Source of the DNA: Octopus vulgaris
Taxonomy: Eukaryota
DNA length: 64,000 nt
Assembly (NCBI GenBank): GCA_951406725.2
Contig: OX597815.1
Coordinates: 126,604,001 to 126,668,000 of the forward strand
Reading direction: 5' to 3'
The position numbers and the translations under genes are program-made. The notes below the pieces were generated by a model. That model did no database searches and had not been told where the DNA came from. It worked only from the letters and a program-made list of their open reading frames with translations. Every line of letters starts with the position of its first letter. Positions within the stretch are counted from its first letter, which is position 1. Below, one piece after another: positions 29,459 to 41,764 of the stretch.

Positions 29459-29651
29459 TAACATCCGTTTCTTCGGGAGGCTGATCTCCCTTTACAGGCT
29501 AGCAAGGACACCGTGATGGTGTCGGCTCTCCTGGTGACGTCTATAGTCGCCTGGGGCTAAATGCATCAGTAACACCCCCACCACCTCGCCCTGTCCCTAG
29601 CCACATTCAGATGGCTGGTCCCGCTTATATTATATATATATATATATACAT

Positions 29652-30121
29652 ATATTGTTATATTTCGGAATGGTCATATTGCCAGTTTAGCCAATAAAAA
29701 CACACGCACTATATATTTGGTGTTATTTTGCTTCAGTGTTATTTATTTTTTACATTAATCTTAATCTTATTTCGGCCAGAGTTCTTTCGTCACACTCCTG
29801 TGACCGCATCAGTGGTCCTTTGTTTTCTTCTTTCTTATTTGTGTCTCTCCTTACTAACCGTCAGCCATTTTGTATTTCTATTGTATGTCTTCATTTGCGC
29901 ATGCGTATATCTCTATGTGCATCTATGTTTATTGAGTGTGTGTATGTGGGGGGATGCCTGTAATATTTGTATCTTCTGTTTATATATGTTCATGTAATTT
30001 GTATTTTGTTTTTGTTGTTTTTGTTTATTCTTATTTTGTTCATGTGTTTACATCCACTTATTATTATCATTACATTTATTGGCTAAACTGGCAATATGAC
30101 CATTCCGAAATATAACAATAT
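29652..30121. repeat. Fold-back element with perfect 47-bp inverted repeats (29652-29698 / 30075-30121)
   Basis: atattgttatatttcggaatggtcatattgccagtttagccaataaa and its exact reverse complement; flanked by (TA)n. Confidence 0.9.
29774..29818 (-). ncRNA. Degenerate or variant hammerhead-like motif inside a fold-back element
   Basis: Minus strand: ggacca-CTGATGCG-gtcaca ggag tgtgac-GAAA-gaa-CTC-tggcc; 6-bp stem II, but core A9 is not conserved. Confidence 0.5.
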
Positions 30122-30189
30122 CTGTTTCAACACACGACTTCACATAAAAATTCTTGCACAACAAATATTTAAACGTATATACATATATA

Positions 30190-32158
30190 TATGTGGAAAA
30201 TCGGTGTGTGTTTGTTTGTGGCGTTGTTAGCTAACTCCTCCTAGATCGTTTTATTGATTTTAATGAAATTTGACATGTGTGTAGAACTCATGTCTGGAAA
30301 CCTTGTGACATACTTAGATTGTTGAAAAAATCGATAATACGGCCCCTGGAAGGGATCTTTATATATACCTTGTATAACTAATTTTTTTAAACAGCCAAGG
30401 GAAATAACTCATACTCCTACACAATATTTTTTCAACACCCAAGGGAAATAACCCATTTCATTGTTTATATTCGATTACTTTGACCCAACGATCAGCTGAC
30501 CTAATTCTGCATTTCACTACTCACAGTTTTGAACTGCTAAACATTATTATTGCACTTCCTTAATTTGAATCTCTTCATTCATACATTTCTATACATACAT
30601 ACTTTTCTGAATGCCCATTACTCCAATAATTCTGTGTTTTTACAGTTGCACTTTCTCCATGAGAGTAGATAAATTTTTTTCTACAATGTATTTGTAGTGG
30701 CTTCATGCAGACATAGCATGGATTCGATCCTCAATTGCCAAATTTCACATAACACTTTAACAGCGCTTTTCTCACGGTAAAACAATAGTTTTTCTATGAA
30801 TGACAGCAGTTATACACTTCCCAGATACCTCCGCTAAGCAGAATAATATCTTTGCCTCTTGACTCTTCTAACCTCTTCTAGGCCATCAGGGGCTAGAATG
30901 GAGATAACAGACCTCCAACGAATTCATTTGTTCTCAACATGTCTATCCTTCTGGCTACTTTTTGATAGTTATGGAAACAAGAACTCCGTAAGCTAAATGG
31001 AGTTACTGACAGTGACCACCAATGAGTGTGAACATTATTATTGCACTTTCTTTTAACATTTCATTCATATATTTCTATACTACATTCATATATTACCTTT
31101 AATAAATTAGCTTTCATAAAGTTCACCTTTAAAATGCCATGATGAGTCAGAGTACGACTGGGTGCTTCTACATCACAAGCTGCTCTAATGCGACAATAGT
31201 GATCTCAAGTAAGTCTCTGATTCATTATGTTTCATATTTACAAAATAAAACAATTATTCTTCATCTATTCTAATTCAATATCTAAACAGTTAAATACATA
31301 TTGCTGTAATTAATTTACACATTGCATTAACAGACATTTTTTCAAATAACTTAGTTATTCTCCAAATAACTAAATTCTGCCAATGCATGCAGGGTTTTCA
31401 ATTAAATTTCATTACACTATGAATGCCCATAACTCCGATAAGTCTGCCTTTTTCAAGTTCAAATTTTATGATGATAGTACATACATTTTTCATTCCACAA
31501 CGCATTTCATAAGTTTGTCCAAGTACAATGAACTCATACTTTGAATACTTAAAAATCTTAAAAAATGAAACCAAACTTCCACACCACACTGACTCGCTAC
31601 TCCCTGTTTCAGTTATACTTATTTTACAAATCATAATATTTATTGCTTATTTATAGTTCATATGACATTTTGATGAATGTCTATTCTAATTCAATATTTA
31701 AACAGTTATATACATATTGCTGTAATTAATTTACACATTGCATTAATATACATTTTTTCAACATCTCCAAATAACTAACTTGCCAACCTCTGAAAACCTC
31801 TCTCGACAACCTCCAACAATCTCTCTTGCCAACCTACAAAAACCTCTCTCAACAACCTCCAACAACCTCTCTAGACAACTTCTGACAATCTCTCTTGCCA
31901 ACCTCCAACAACCTCTCTCACCAAACTCCGACAACTTCTCTCACCAACCTCTGCCAATCTTTTTCACCAACCTCCAAAAACCTTTCTCGCCAACCTCCAA
32001 CGATCTCTCCCTCATCCAGCTGACAGTTTTTGTACGTTTTTGTGACAGAAAATACACCTGTTATGGCTGTTATAACGAAATTGCTTTCTTCTATCAGACT
32101 AATAAGGCATTTCAATAGAACATCTTTACCCCCAGGAATTACCAGGTACACCAACTAG
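30190..32158 (+). mobile_element. Non-autonomous Helitron-like element with internal direct repeats and a C/A-rich minisatellite (31780-32010)
   Basis: Ends in a degenerate GC hairpin then CTAG|T at 32155-32159; ~85-bp internal duplication (31264 / 31680). Confidence 0.5.
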
Positions 32159-32722
32159 TATATATTATATATATATATATATGTATATATATGTATAACC
32201 TGAAACCATTTGGTTGGAAAGCATACGTTTTAACCATATAGCCATGCCTGTACCTAGCTTTAAAATCATCATCAGAGATAGTAACATCATTGAAGTTTGG
32301 ACATAGGAATTTTCATTTAATAAACAGTCTAGCAAATTAACTTTGCAGTCTCTATAGTTCTCTTTTAAAAGTAAACCTTAATCCATTTGATACTAAACCA
32401 CCTGAGACTGCTCCAGATTTTATAATAAAATCTTCCAGTTTTAAGGTTATCTAAACTAAAAATATCCAGCAAAATTTCATGTTAGTTTATGTCCCAAACA
32501 CCATCTTAAAAATGACCAAGTAATTTAAAAAAAAATTCTTCATTTTCAAATTTGAAGCAAAGATGTATCGCAACAGAAATATGGTGACAAAAGAGTTTAA
32601 CCATAATATGGTATAAAAGAATCAAGTAATGAATCAAAATGTACTTGAGAGAAAATATGCTTACACAAGTCGACACTAAAACGAATTTATTGTTATTAAG
32701 AAAAATTACAGTGAAAACTTAC

Positions 32723-32813
32723 TTGGTTTTCTATAATATTGACTTTTGCACACAGAGTCATTTTCTCTCTGTGAGTACCAAAGTATGTTGGCTTCCCCAA
32801 AGTCGTATCCAGT
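32723..32813 (-). CDS. KCNQ1: KCNQ1-like channel, helix C-D exon (91 bp)
   Basis: ctttcag|A CTG GAT...AAC CAA|gtaagt; LDTTLGKPTYFGTHREKMTLCAKVNIIENQ (LDxxxGKP motif). Confidence 0.9.
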
Positions 32814-32932
32814 CTGAAAGGAAATATTTCAAAATTAATTACAGAATGCTGTATTGAAGTAATTTAGATTTCATTTCAGTTCTAATACTATATATACATA
32901 GATATCTAATAAGATGTCTCCAGGAATATTTA

Positions 32933-33211
<279 letters not shown>

Positions 33212-33503
33212 TTATCAATATTTAGCAGAAGCAACAGAGTAGCTCAAAGCCCGAGAGTTTCATGCATTAGCAATCATGAAGCCTGTATGTATGTATGTAT
33301 GTATGTATGTATGTATGTATGTATGTATGTATGTATGTATGTATGCATGCATGCATGTATGTATGCATATATTTATATCTATATCTATATATATGTATAT
33401 ATATATATATATAGGAAGTGTTTACGAAAAATACAAAAGACGAAGACAGGTGGTGTACAAAACAAACAGATGTATTAGTATAATGCTCAGGAATAGAAAA
33501 AGT

Positions 33504-33539
33504 CTTTTACATTTCGAGCCTACGCTCTTCTACAGAAAG
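33504..33539 (-). ncRNA. Variant minimal hammerhead-like motif in a short TA-flanked element (about 33412-33590)
   Basis: Minus strand: cttt-CTGTAGA-a-gagc gtag gctc-GAAA-t-GTA-aaag; stems I and II pair, core A6 is U. Confidence 0.5.
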
Positions 33540-33605
33540 GGACACAGAAAAAACAGGGAGAGAAAAAAATGTGTGTAGTGTCTAACGATATATATATATA
33601 TATAT

Positions 33606-33678
<73 letters not shown>

Positions 33679-34199
33679 GGACTACTATATATATATAGTA
33701 GATATATAGGGTGTTTAAAAAAAATTGATATCATTTCCCAATCCAATAACTTTGCCAGTTCTTGTTCAAATGACTTCAAATTATAACAGCATGTATAGAA
33801 GCAGGTCAAAATTTTATGTTTAATGTTTGATATATTATTTACATTATTTACAATTAATGGATTTTTTCCTCATGTGCTTATTTTGCTTAATGGTCAATCC
33901 AATGCAGGGTATAACACAAGTTTTCCATTAAGATTTGTCATTAAATTAATGAGTAAGATTAATATTCATAATTAATTTGCCATTTTCGGTGGGTGTGCAG
34001 TATACACCTAGCATATCTTGAATATATGCTCCTGCTTACAATATCATTCCAAAAATAGATAATCACATCAGTAAAATCTCAAAGCTACAAGATAATACAG
34101 GATTAATTCAAAATGATGTGAACAGATAAACATTAGATTTGACAATCTGAATGTTAAAGGGTTAACCAAAGTTTTAATCTACTGTCAGCCTGCTTCTGA

Positions 34200-34490
34200 T
34201 TCTTGTAGATTTCTTCAGCACCCATTCTTCATACCATGTACACCATATGGAGTTTATGTTTCCAGTTTTTATTTTTTTCCTGCACATTGAGTACAACCAT
34301 TTCCTGATGACAGTAGCTTTCTGTCTTCTGTCATACTTAAGAAAACTTTAGTCCTCTAGCTTCTATGTTCTGTTTCCATGTCTGAATTTTCTCTCTAAGT
34401 CTTCCACAGACTATCCATAAGGAAAGATTTGGTCATCAGCATATAAGATTTCACATGGACAGCCAGAGTCTAACTCCTGTTTTGACCTAA
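34200..34490 (-). mobile_element. RTE-clade RT fragment
   Basis: SGCPCEILYADD motif. Confidence 0.65.
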
Positions 34491-35057
34491 CGCTAAACAA
34501 TAAAATTACTATCATCATTATAATGATCATCATCATTGTCGTTGCTGCAGCCACTGCCACCACCACTGTTGTCATCATTATCAGCAGCAGCAGTAACAAA
34601 CATTGAAGGACTTTGACATGGGGGTTAGACATGCAAGGCATAGCCTCTAACTTTTCCTTACATGGCACACCAATATCTTAAGAAAAACAAACAATAGAGA
34701 ACATGATGTAACCAAAAGTACACAATAATTGAAAAAGAATAGATGGGATGGGATGAGATGCTTAGAGCATCTATGATCATAGGTCTGCTTCATAAAGGCT
34801 GAACTGAGGACAAATAACACCTATATTATAACAGTAGCTGTACGAAAGTAAAAGTCTAATGCTGGAGGTAACAATGTAATTGCCAGCAATTGGCTGAATC
34901 TTGATTCAAACAATTGTAAACTTCCATCATAAAAGTAACAGAATTTGCAAGAAAATTTCTAGGATGAATAAAATTTAATAAAAGCATCTTTATAAACATG
35001 TTTAGTTTTAAAAATTTGACAAAAGAAGATTCTTGTTAAAAATACTATCATACTTAC

Positions 35058-35133
35058 TTGAAACTTCCGTCTTGCTACAAAAAATTTGATCTTTCGAATA
35101 ATTCTAATCATTGTTTTGTGTTCACTGGTTAAC
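35058..35133 (-). CDS. KCNQ1: KCNQ1-like channel, helix B exon (76 bp)
   Basis: ataaaag|G TTA ACC...TTT CAA|gtaagt; LTSEHKTMIRIIRKIKFFVARRKFQ, the calmodulin-binding helix B. Confidence 0.92.
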
Positions 35134-35407
35134 CTTTTATCACAAAGAGAGAACATATCAGAATTACATTTTAAGTTCCAAATACGCATTGAGAGAGAGA
35201 GAGAGAGAAGGTAGAGTTAACACCACAAGAAAAGATATACTGTGTTTGTATCGGAATTTTGAGAAGTTAGCAGTGAAACTAGAATTGTATTTATTTATAA
35301 TGTATTTTAAATGTTAAAATATTCAGTTTTAATTTGTCACTTTAATTACCCTAACCAATCTTAGCCAGTATAATTATGTAATCGTCACCACCACCACCAC
35401 CACCACC

Positions 35408-35441
<34 letters not shown>

Positions 35442-35518
35442 TCATCGTCGTCATCATTTGTACTGAAGGTGATATAATTGTCTGTTTTATTGTCACTAAA
35501 ACTTTCTGGTTTGGTACT

Positions 35519-35556
<38 letters not shown>

Positions 35557-36131
35557 TATTTAATTAATTAATTAATTAATTAATATTATCCAACTGGTTT
35601 ATCATAATTTTTTATTTTAAGTTTTCTGCAATTTAATCTGCTCCAATTACACATCAATTGAACACCTTCTTTAATAATTTTCTCTAGCCATTCCACCTAC
35701 CTTGTCAAGGCTAAGTGGTCAACTGCTGATCTCTTTTAACCAAAATAATGTAGTCTAGTTGATAAATGTATTACAGGACTGGATAAGTATGTAGAAAGGA
35801 GATACTGCCAGGGCTAAAGCTGAAGCTAGCCAAAATTTTGGTGCTGGTCTAGAAAACATTGGCTGTGGTACCTTTTGGTTGGATTAATAATTTAATAATC
35901 TAGTCAAAATGTTGTTCACTAAATTAGGCTTGTGATCATTAAATGTGCAGTACAGATATTGCTAAGACAGTGGTTCATTTTTAGCTTGTTAACCATCATT
36001 TTTAATTCTGTACTTATGTCATACATGGTTAAAGAGTTATAGTTTTATGGTTATTGATGACAGAATTATATCAGGATTTTTGGTTCTGAGGTTAATTCAT
36101 TTCAATCTTTATGAATATTTTGTAGCCTCCA

Positions 36132-36542
36132 CCACATTCTGTAGCATCATACATACTTTAGTATTTGGCATGTATATACTGCATACCATTTCAGGTTACA
36201 TAATTTGGAAGTAAGCATGGGGTAGACTTTATACAAAATTACTCTAAGCAAATTCTGTTTTCAGGTTATTTGGAGTCAACCTGCTTCTGGGTGGGTGGCT
36301 GTATGTGCATGTGCATGTGTGTATAAAGATATATACACACACTCTCTTTCTGTCTGTTTGTCTGTCTGTCTGTCTCTCTCTCACACACACACACACACAT
36401 ACAGTATGAAGTAGCTGTGTGGGAAGAAGTTTGTTTCTCAACCACATGGCTCCAGGTTCAGTCCTGGGTGTCTTCTTCTATAGCCACAGGCTGACCAAAG
36501 CCTCATGCATGGGTTTGGTTGAGGGAAATTCAAAGCCTGTTG

Positions 36543-36614
<72 letters not shown>

Positions 36615-37790
36615 CATTTTTTTTGTGTTTGTCCTCTACCACTGCTTGACACAATGCTTGACACAATGCTTGAAAGAAGTAAAAGAAAAAATAGAACTCC
36701 ATCAGTTACAATGACAAGTACTCCAGATGATCCAAGCAACAGAACAGCCAACACATGAAATTAATGTGCAAGTGGTTGAGCACTCTACGGACATGCATAA
36801 CCTTAACATAGTTCTCAGGGAGATTCAGCATGACACAGAATGGCACAAGGCTGGTCCTTTGAAATACAGGTACTACCCATTTTTGCCAGCTGAATGAACT
36901 GGAACAACATGAAATAAAGTGTCCTGCTCAAGGACACAATGTACTGCTGGATATTGAACTTGCAATTTTATGATCATGAGCTGAATAGCCTAAGCATTAA
37001 ACCACAGGCCTTCACAGAATCATCTATATTCTTTTATTCTTTTACTTGTTTCAGTCATTTGATTGCTGCCATGTTGGAGCACCACCATCTTAGTGGGTTT
37101 TAGTCAAAGAAATCAACTCCAGGACTTATTCTTTGTAAGCCTAGTACTTATTGTATTGGTCTCTTTTGCTGAACTTCTAAGTTATGAGGACATAAACACA
37201 CTAGCATCAGTTGTCAAGCAATGTCAGGAGGGACAAATATACATGCACACACACATACACACACACACACATATGTACATACATAATACATGTATATATA
37301 TATATAAACTGTCCAACCCATACCAGCATGGAAAGTAGACATTAAACGACAATGATGATGATGATGATGATGGGCTTCTTTCAGTTTCCAGCTATAAAAT
37401 CTACTCACAAGGCTTTGGTTGGCCTGAGGCTATAGCAGAAGACACTTGCCCAAGATGCCACACAGAGGGGCTGAACCCAGAACCATGTGGTTGGGAAACA
37501 AGCTTCTTATTACACAGCCACATCTGCACCTATATATAATCATCTAATGAAAAAAGTTAATTACAAATTTGTATCCCCACATTCTGTAGCATCACGCATG
37601 CTTTCGTATTTGGCATGTATATACTGCATACCAATTCAGGTTACATAATTTGGAAGTAAGCATGGAGTAGTCTTTATACAAATTTACTCTAAACAAATAT
37701 GGAATCAATCTACTTTTGGTCATTTGGAATCAATCTACTTTTGGTAGGGTGGGTTTACATGCATGTGCACACACACTCTCTCTCTCACAC
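36132..37790 (+). repeat. ~200-bp diverged direct repeats (about 36132-36350 and 37577-37790) bracketing a SINE cluster
   Basis: ccacattctgtagcatca...ttggcatgtatatactgcatacc...ggaagtaagcatgg occurs in both. Confidence 0.85.
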
Positions 37791-39279
37791 ACAAATTTTA
37801 TAAGTGAAAATGTACTAGAAAATCTAGAATTGCATATAATTTTATATAAGTATTTTAGGCCACTTTATTTATAGCTCAGTGATCAAAAAGACAAGACTAT
37901 ATTTTATGTGGTGAGTAACTATGAATTCTCCATTTTGTCTACATAGGTGATATTCGTCAACCAGATCCAAAATATACTTTTAATGAGTTCTCTTTTATGT
38001 TAGTTTCTTTGTGTTTGCTTTTTTTTTTTACTCAGCTGCCTGTTACAAGAATGGAGATGATAATTAAATTCTGTCAAAAATAGACTTGCAGAATTAGTTA
38101 CTTGAATGCGCAGTTTGCATATGTGAGATGAAAATCTAAGGTATTTTTAATGGAATGGTATTTGAAGAGGAATTTTGTAAAGAAAGGGTCAAAACTAAAA
38201 AAAAAAAGATCTTAATCATTAATATCTGGAGTTGTTCAAAATGCTAACAGCCATTGCTATCTGTCATTTATAATAGAGAAGACCTACTGCTCAGTAACAT
38301 TTTTACTTTGAATTAATCCCCAGTAACCTCTCTTTCCAGTCTTCCTTCTTCTCTCTTTCTCTTTCTCTGAGTGATTTTTTTCCTTTTATCATACTAGCAA
38401 CCAAATGATCTTTTCTTATCTAAGATCTTGGGAATTGGCATAAAGGTTATGTATCTGAACCAGTTAAATTCATGGCTGTCTGGTTCAACATTATAGAGTT
38501 CTGAATTTAATTCCAGCTTACTTCACATTTTCATTCAGTTTGCATCATTAAAACAACTTCAGTATTATACAAAGGTTAATAACAATAACCACAATTCTAC
38601 AGAATTTCAGCTTATTCCTGATCAAAAGAAATTATTTGTTTTTGAAAATATGACTCGTTTTAACATCTACTCCTCCAACACTTGCATGGGTTAGATGGAA
38701 TATGCTGAGGCAGATTTTCTGCAGCGAAATGCCCTTCTTGTTGCCAACTCCCACCTGCTGTTTCCATTTCATAGCACATGAATGCACATACATACTTAAA
38801 CACACACACATGTGTATGAGGAATTCCTTTCACTTTACATCTACTTGATTAATTCATAAAGCTTTAGTCAGCCTGACAAAAGAAAGTGACTCTTACCCGA
38901 AGTTCCACACAATGAGATTGAACCCCAAACTACATGATTTAGAACCAAGCTTCTCAACAACACAGCCATGCTGCATTTTATGAAAATATATCGGTAATTT
39001 ATACGGGAACAAAGCCATTGTTTTGGCAGGAATGAACATGATTATTGGATGTAACATCAATACATTTTTGGTGTTGTTTCATCAAAAGAGAAAGTCCGTG
39101 CCATTATGACTTGAACCTAGAATGTCAATATAAGGAGTCTGTCTTAGTCAATATCGATTTTTATTTGCATCATTTATGTGTAGGCCTAAGCAAGGTGTTC
39201 TCTGTGAAAGACTAGAAGTTTCCTATGTATGCAAGTCAATCCTCGCTATGCAATAGATGTTGCAAAAGAAAGCTGTTTT

Positions 39280-41560
39280 AGAGTCAAAACAGCTTGGCAC
39301 CAGTGTCATGGCTACAATAAACAGGAGGAGACTAAGAACCTACCTCTGATGGACATTTGTTAAATTTTTTAGTGAAGTCATTACTAACTCTCAACTTGTT
39401 AGTGTTATCTTGCATGGCTCTCACCAGCCATTAATTTACAATAAGTTTTCTTAGCTACCATTAGACTGCCGAGTGTGATACTTTGTCAAAGAATTTTTTC
39501 AGGCCAGTAAATGCAGAGTAGCTTGCCCTTTGGTAAGAACTTCTCCAGTAGCTGTCTTGCTGGGAAAAGAACATCGGTAGAACTTGTCCTAGTACAGATC
39601 TCCAAGTGTAGCGGCTCTAAGTTAATTTTCTTGCTAACTATAACTCTCTGCTACTTTCACTAATTTGTAAATCAGTTTGATCCTCTGTAGATACTTCTTT
39701 ATAGAGCATCTTGTTTGTCTTTGTAGCAATTTATGATAATAATGCTTTACCAGTCCTTGAGAATAACCCATTCCTATACTGTCTGATTGACTATGCAAGT
39801 ATCTAATGTGTGTCCTATTTTACCAGACATTTTTAAGCATTTCAGTGACTATTTTTCATAGTCTAGCTGTGTCTTCATAACGTTAATGGTCAATTCAATC
39901 ATTTAGCCACCAATTTCAGTGAAAGTTGTCTCATCATACAATCTCCTATTCATTCTTCTCATTTAGAAATCTCTTATAGTAGCATTTTCATGCTTCTCAG
40001 TTTCAGCAAGGGCGAGAGTGTTATTGTCTTTACAGCCACACTTTTTACTAATGCTGATTCAAACTGATATGTTGCTTTGTAATCTGGAGTAGTTACACTG
40101 CTGACCTTTATATCACAGAACATTACCAAGTCTCTTACTTTATATTTCTTTCCTTAATAAGTACACCTAATATGTAGCTTCCTTTCTAGCTATCTGATTT
40201 TGTCTATTGCTCTCCACTCTCTTCCATTCTTTTCAGGCCTGTTTCTTAGCTTTTGTGGTTCTATTTACAGCATCATTCCACCACTATATCACCTTACAGA
40301 ACTTGATTTCTGTACAGATCCATAGCAGTTATAATAAAAATTATTTGAGGATTAAAATATGAAAATGGAAAACTCGACCCAAGCAAGTCTTCAGAATGTG
40401 CTCAGTTACAGATATTTCTTGCTTTCATATGTGTAAAACCTTTCTTGTATGTATTTCATCTGAGATGCTATCTAGTGTGTAGTTTGTAATTGCCCACACA
40501 TTCACAAATACATCTACACACTTGCTCATATATGCATTCCTACATGCAGGTACATGCACACACACATGCATGCATGCCTGCATACACACGTGCAAACATA
40601 CACATGCATGCACACACACATGCAAGCATACACACATGCACACATGCATGCATGTTCATGGGTGCACACACACACACATACACACACAGAGTAGAGTCTC
40701 ATTTGCCTACATTAGTAAGATCAATGATTGAAAAGTTGATGATTTACATTTTAGCCAAAGTACTATGGAGGAAAAACTACCTACATCTTGCTAAATCAAT
40801 TCAGCCAAATGTAGATAGGTACTATGTATCTGTGCAGCACCCTTAAAAAAGATAAAAGCAGTAGAGTTCATAAAAGTTTTAGTCAGCCTTTGGTGCTAAG
40901 TTCAAGTATGAGCCTGAAGAAATTTACAAAAAATTTAATTTCAAAACCCAGTTTCTGGCTAGAGCCCTCTTTCATCTTTGTCAGACTTTGCAAAAGATTT
41001 CATCTGTTTGTAATGGTTGCTGTGCAACTGTCCATCCCATATTGAAACAAATCAAGTGAAAACACTCAGTGACATCCTTAATAGTCTGGCTACTTTTTCT
41101 GCTTTCATATCCTTTAAAGCCCTTCTGATCAAAGAGCTGCCAATTTCAGTAGCTGGTCCCTCTGTTGATTCTACTTTAGGTAGTTTCACTCTTTTCTATG
41201 CATTCTCCATATTCAGCAACTTCAAACAATTATATATTTCCATCTACCATCTTTCCAACTTTAGAGAGTGTAAGTGGTTTGTTATTATTATGGTTACATT
41301 TTCCCAATGTTATCCTAATTTATTTTGACCCCCTGTTTTGCAGTCCAAAGCATTGATAAATGTTTTACTCTCTATTTCTCTCCTTGATAATTGTATCTGT
41401 CACCTAGTTTCTCTACTAACTAACTGAGATTATTTCTTTCTCTTCACTTTTTCTCAGTTTTCCAGGCCTTTTTCTTAAATTTTATAGCTCTGTTTACCAT
41501 ATCATTCCATCACTATATCACCTTCCATTTGCTCAAAACAGTGCTCTCTGCATAGATTTG
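39280..41560 (-). mobile_element. Highly degraded RTE-clade LINE fragments
   Basis: ESTEGPATEIGSSLIRRALKDMKAEK near 41100-41170 and segments similar to 46400-46600. Confidence 0.55.
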
Positions 41561-41634
41561 TAATCATTATGACAAAAATTCTCTTAAGATGATGAATAAT
41601 TTCACATATTTGTATTTAGAATTTTAAAACTCAC

Positions 41635-41764
41635 TCATAAGGTTTAGATACTCTGGAAGACTCTGTTTCATTATCACCATCATCCATTGAATTTTCACTA
41701 TTCTCTGGCGGTATGCACATTTTGACTATGTTGTCTCTGCCACTGCCATATTTAGTTGGTGTTG
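41635..41764 (-). CDS. KCNQ1: KCNQ1-like channel, linker exon (130 bp)
   Basis: taatttcag|CA ACA...TAT GA|gtgagt; open frame TTPTKYGSGRDNIVKMCIPPENSENSMDDGDNETESSRVSKPYE. It supplies the phase 1->2 change needed between the flanking exons. Confidence 0.8.

Larger units (their letters stand above)
28806..29632 (+). mobile_element. Candidate non-LTR retrozyme: ~350-bp tandem repeat (units 28806-29161, 29162-29511, partial 29512-29632) with one hammerhead per full unit
   Basis: Near-identical head-to-tail units, GC/CpG-rich relative to the flanks, no credible ORF, bounded on both sides by (TA)n. The hammerhead core sits at the same position in each unit. Confidence 0.85.

Noticed and set aside
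28806-29632. CRISPR array, LTR element or coding repeat (ORFs 29004-29249 and 29163-29345)
   Set aside because: The units are contiguous with no unique spacers, no TG..CA termini and no internal domain. The ORFs are short and broken by inter-unit indels.
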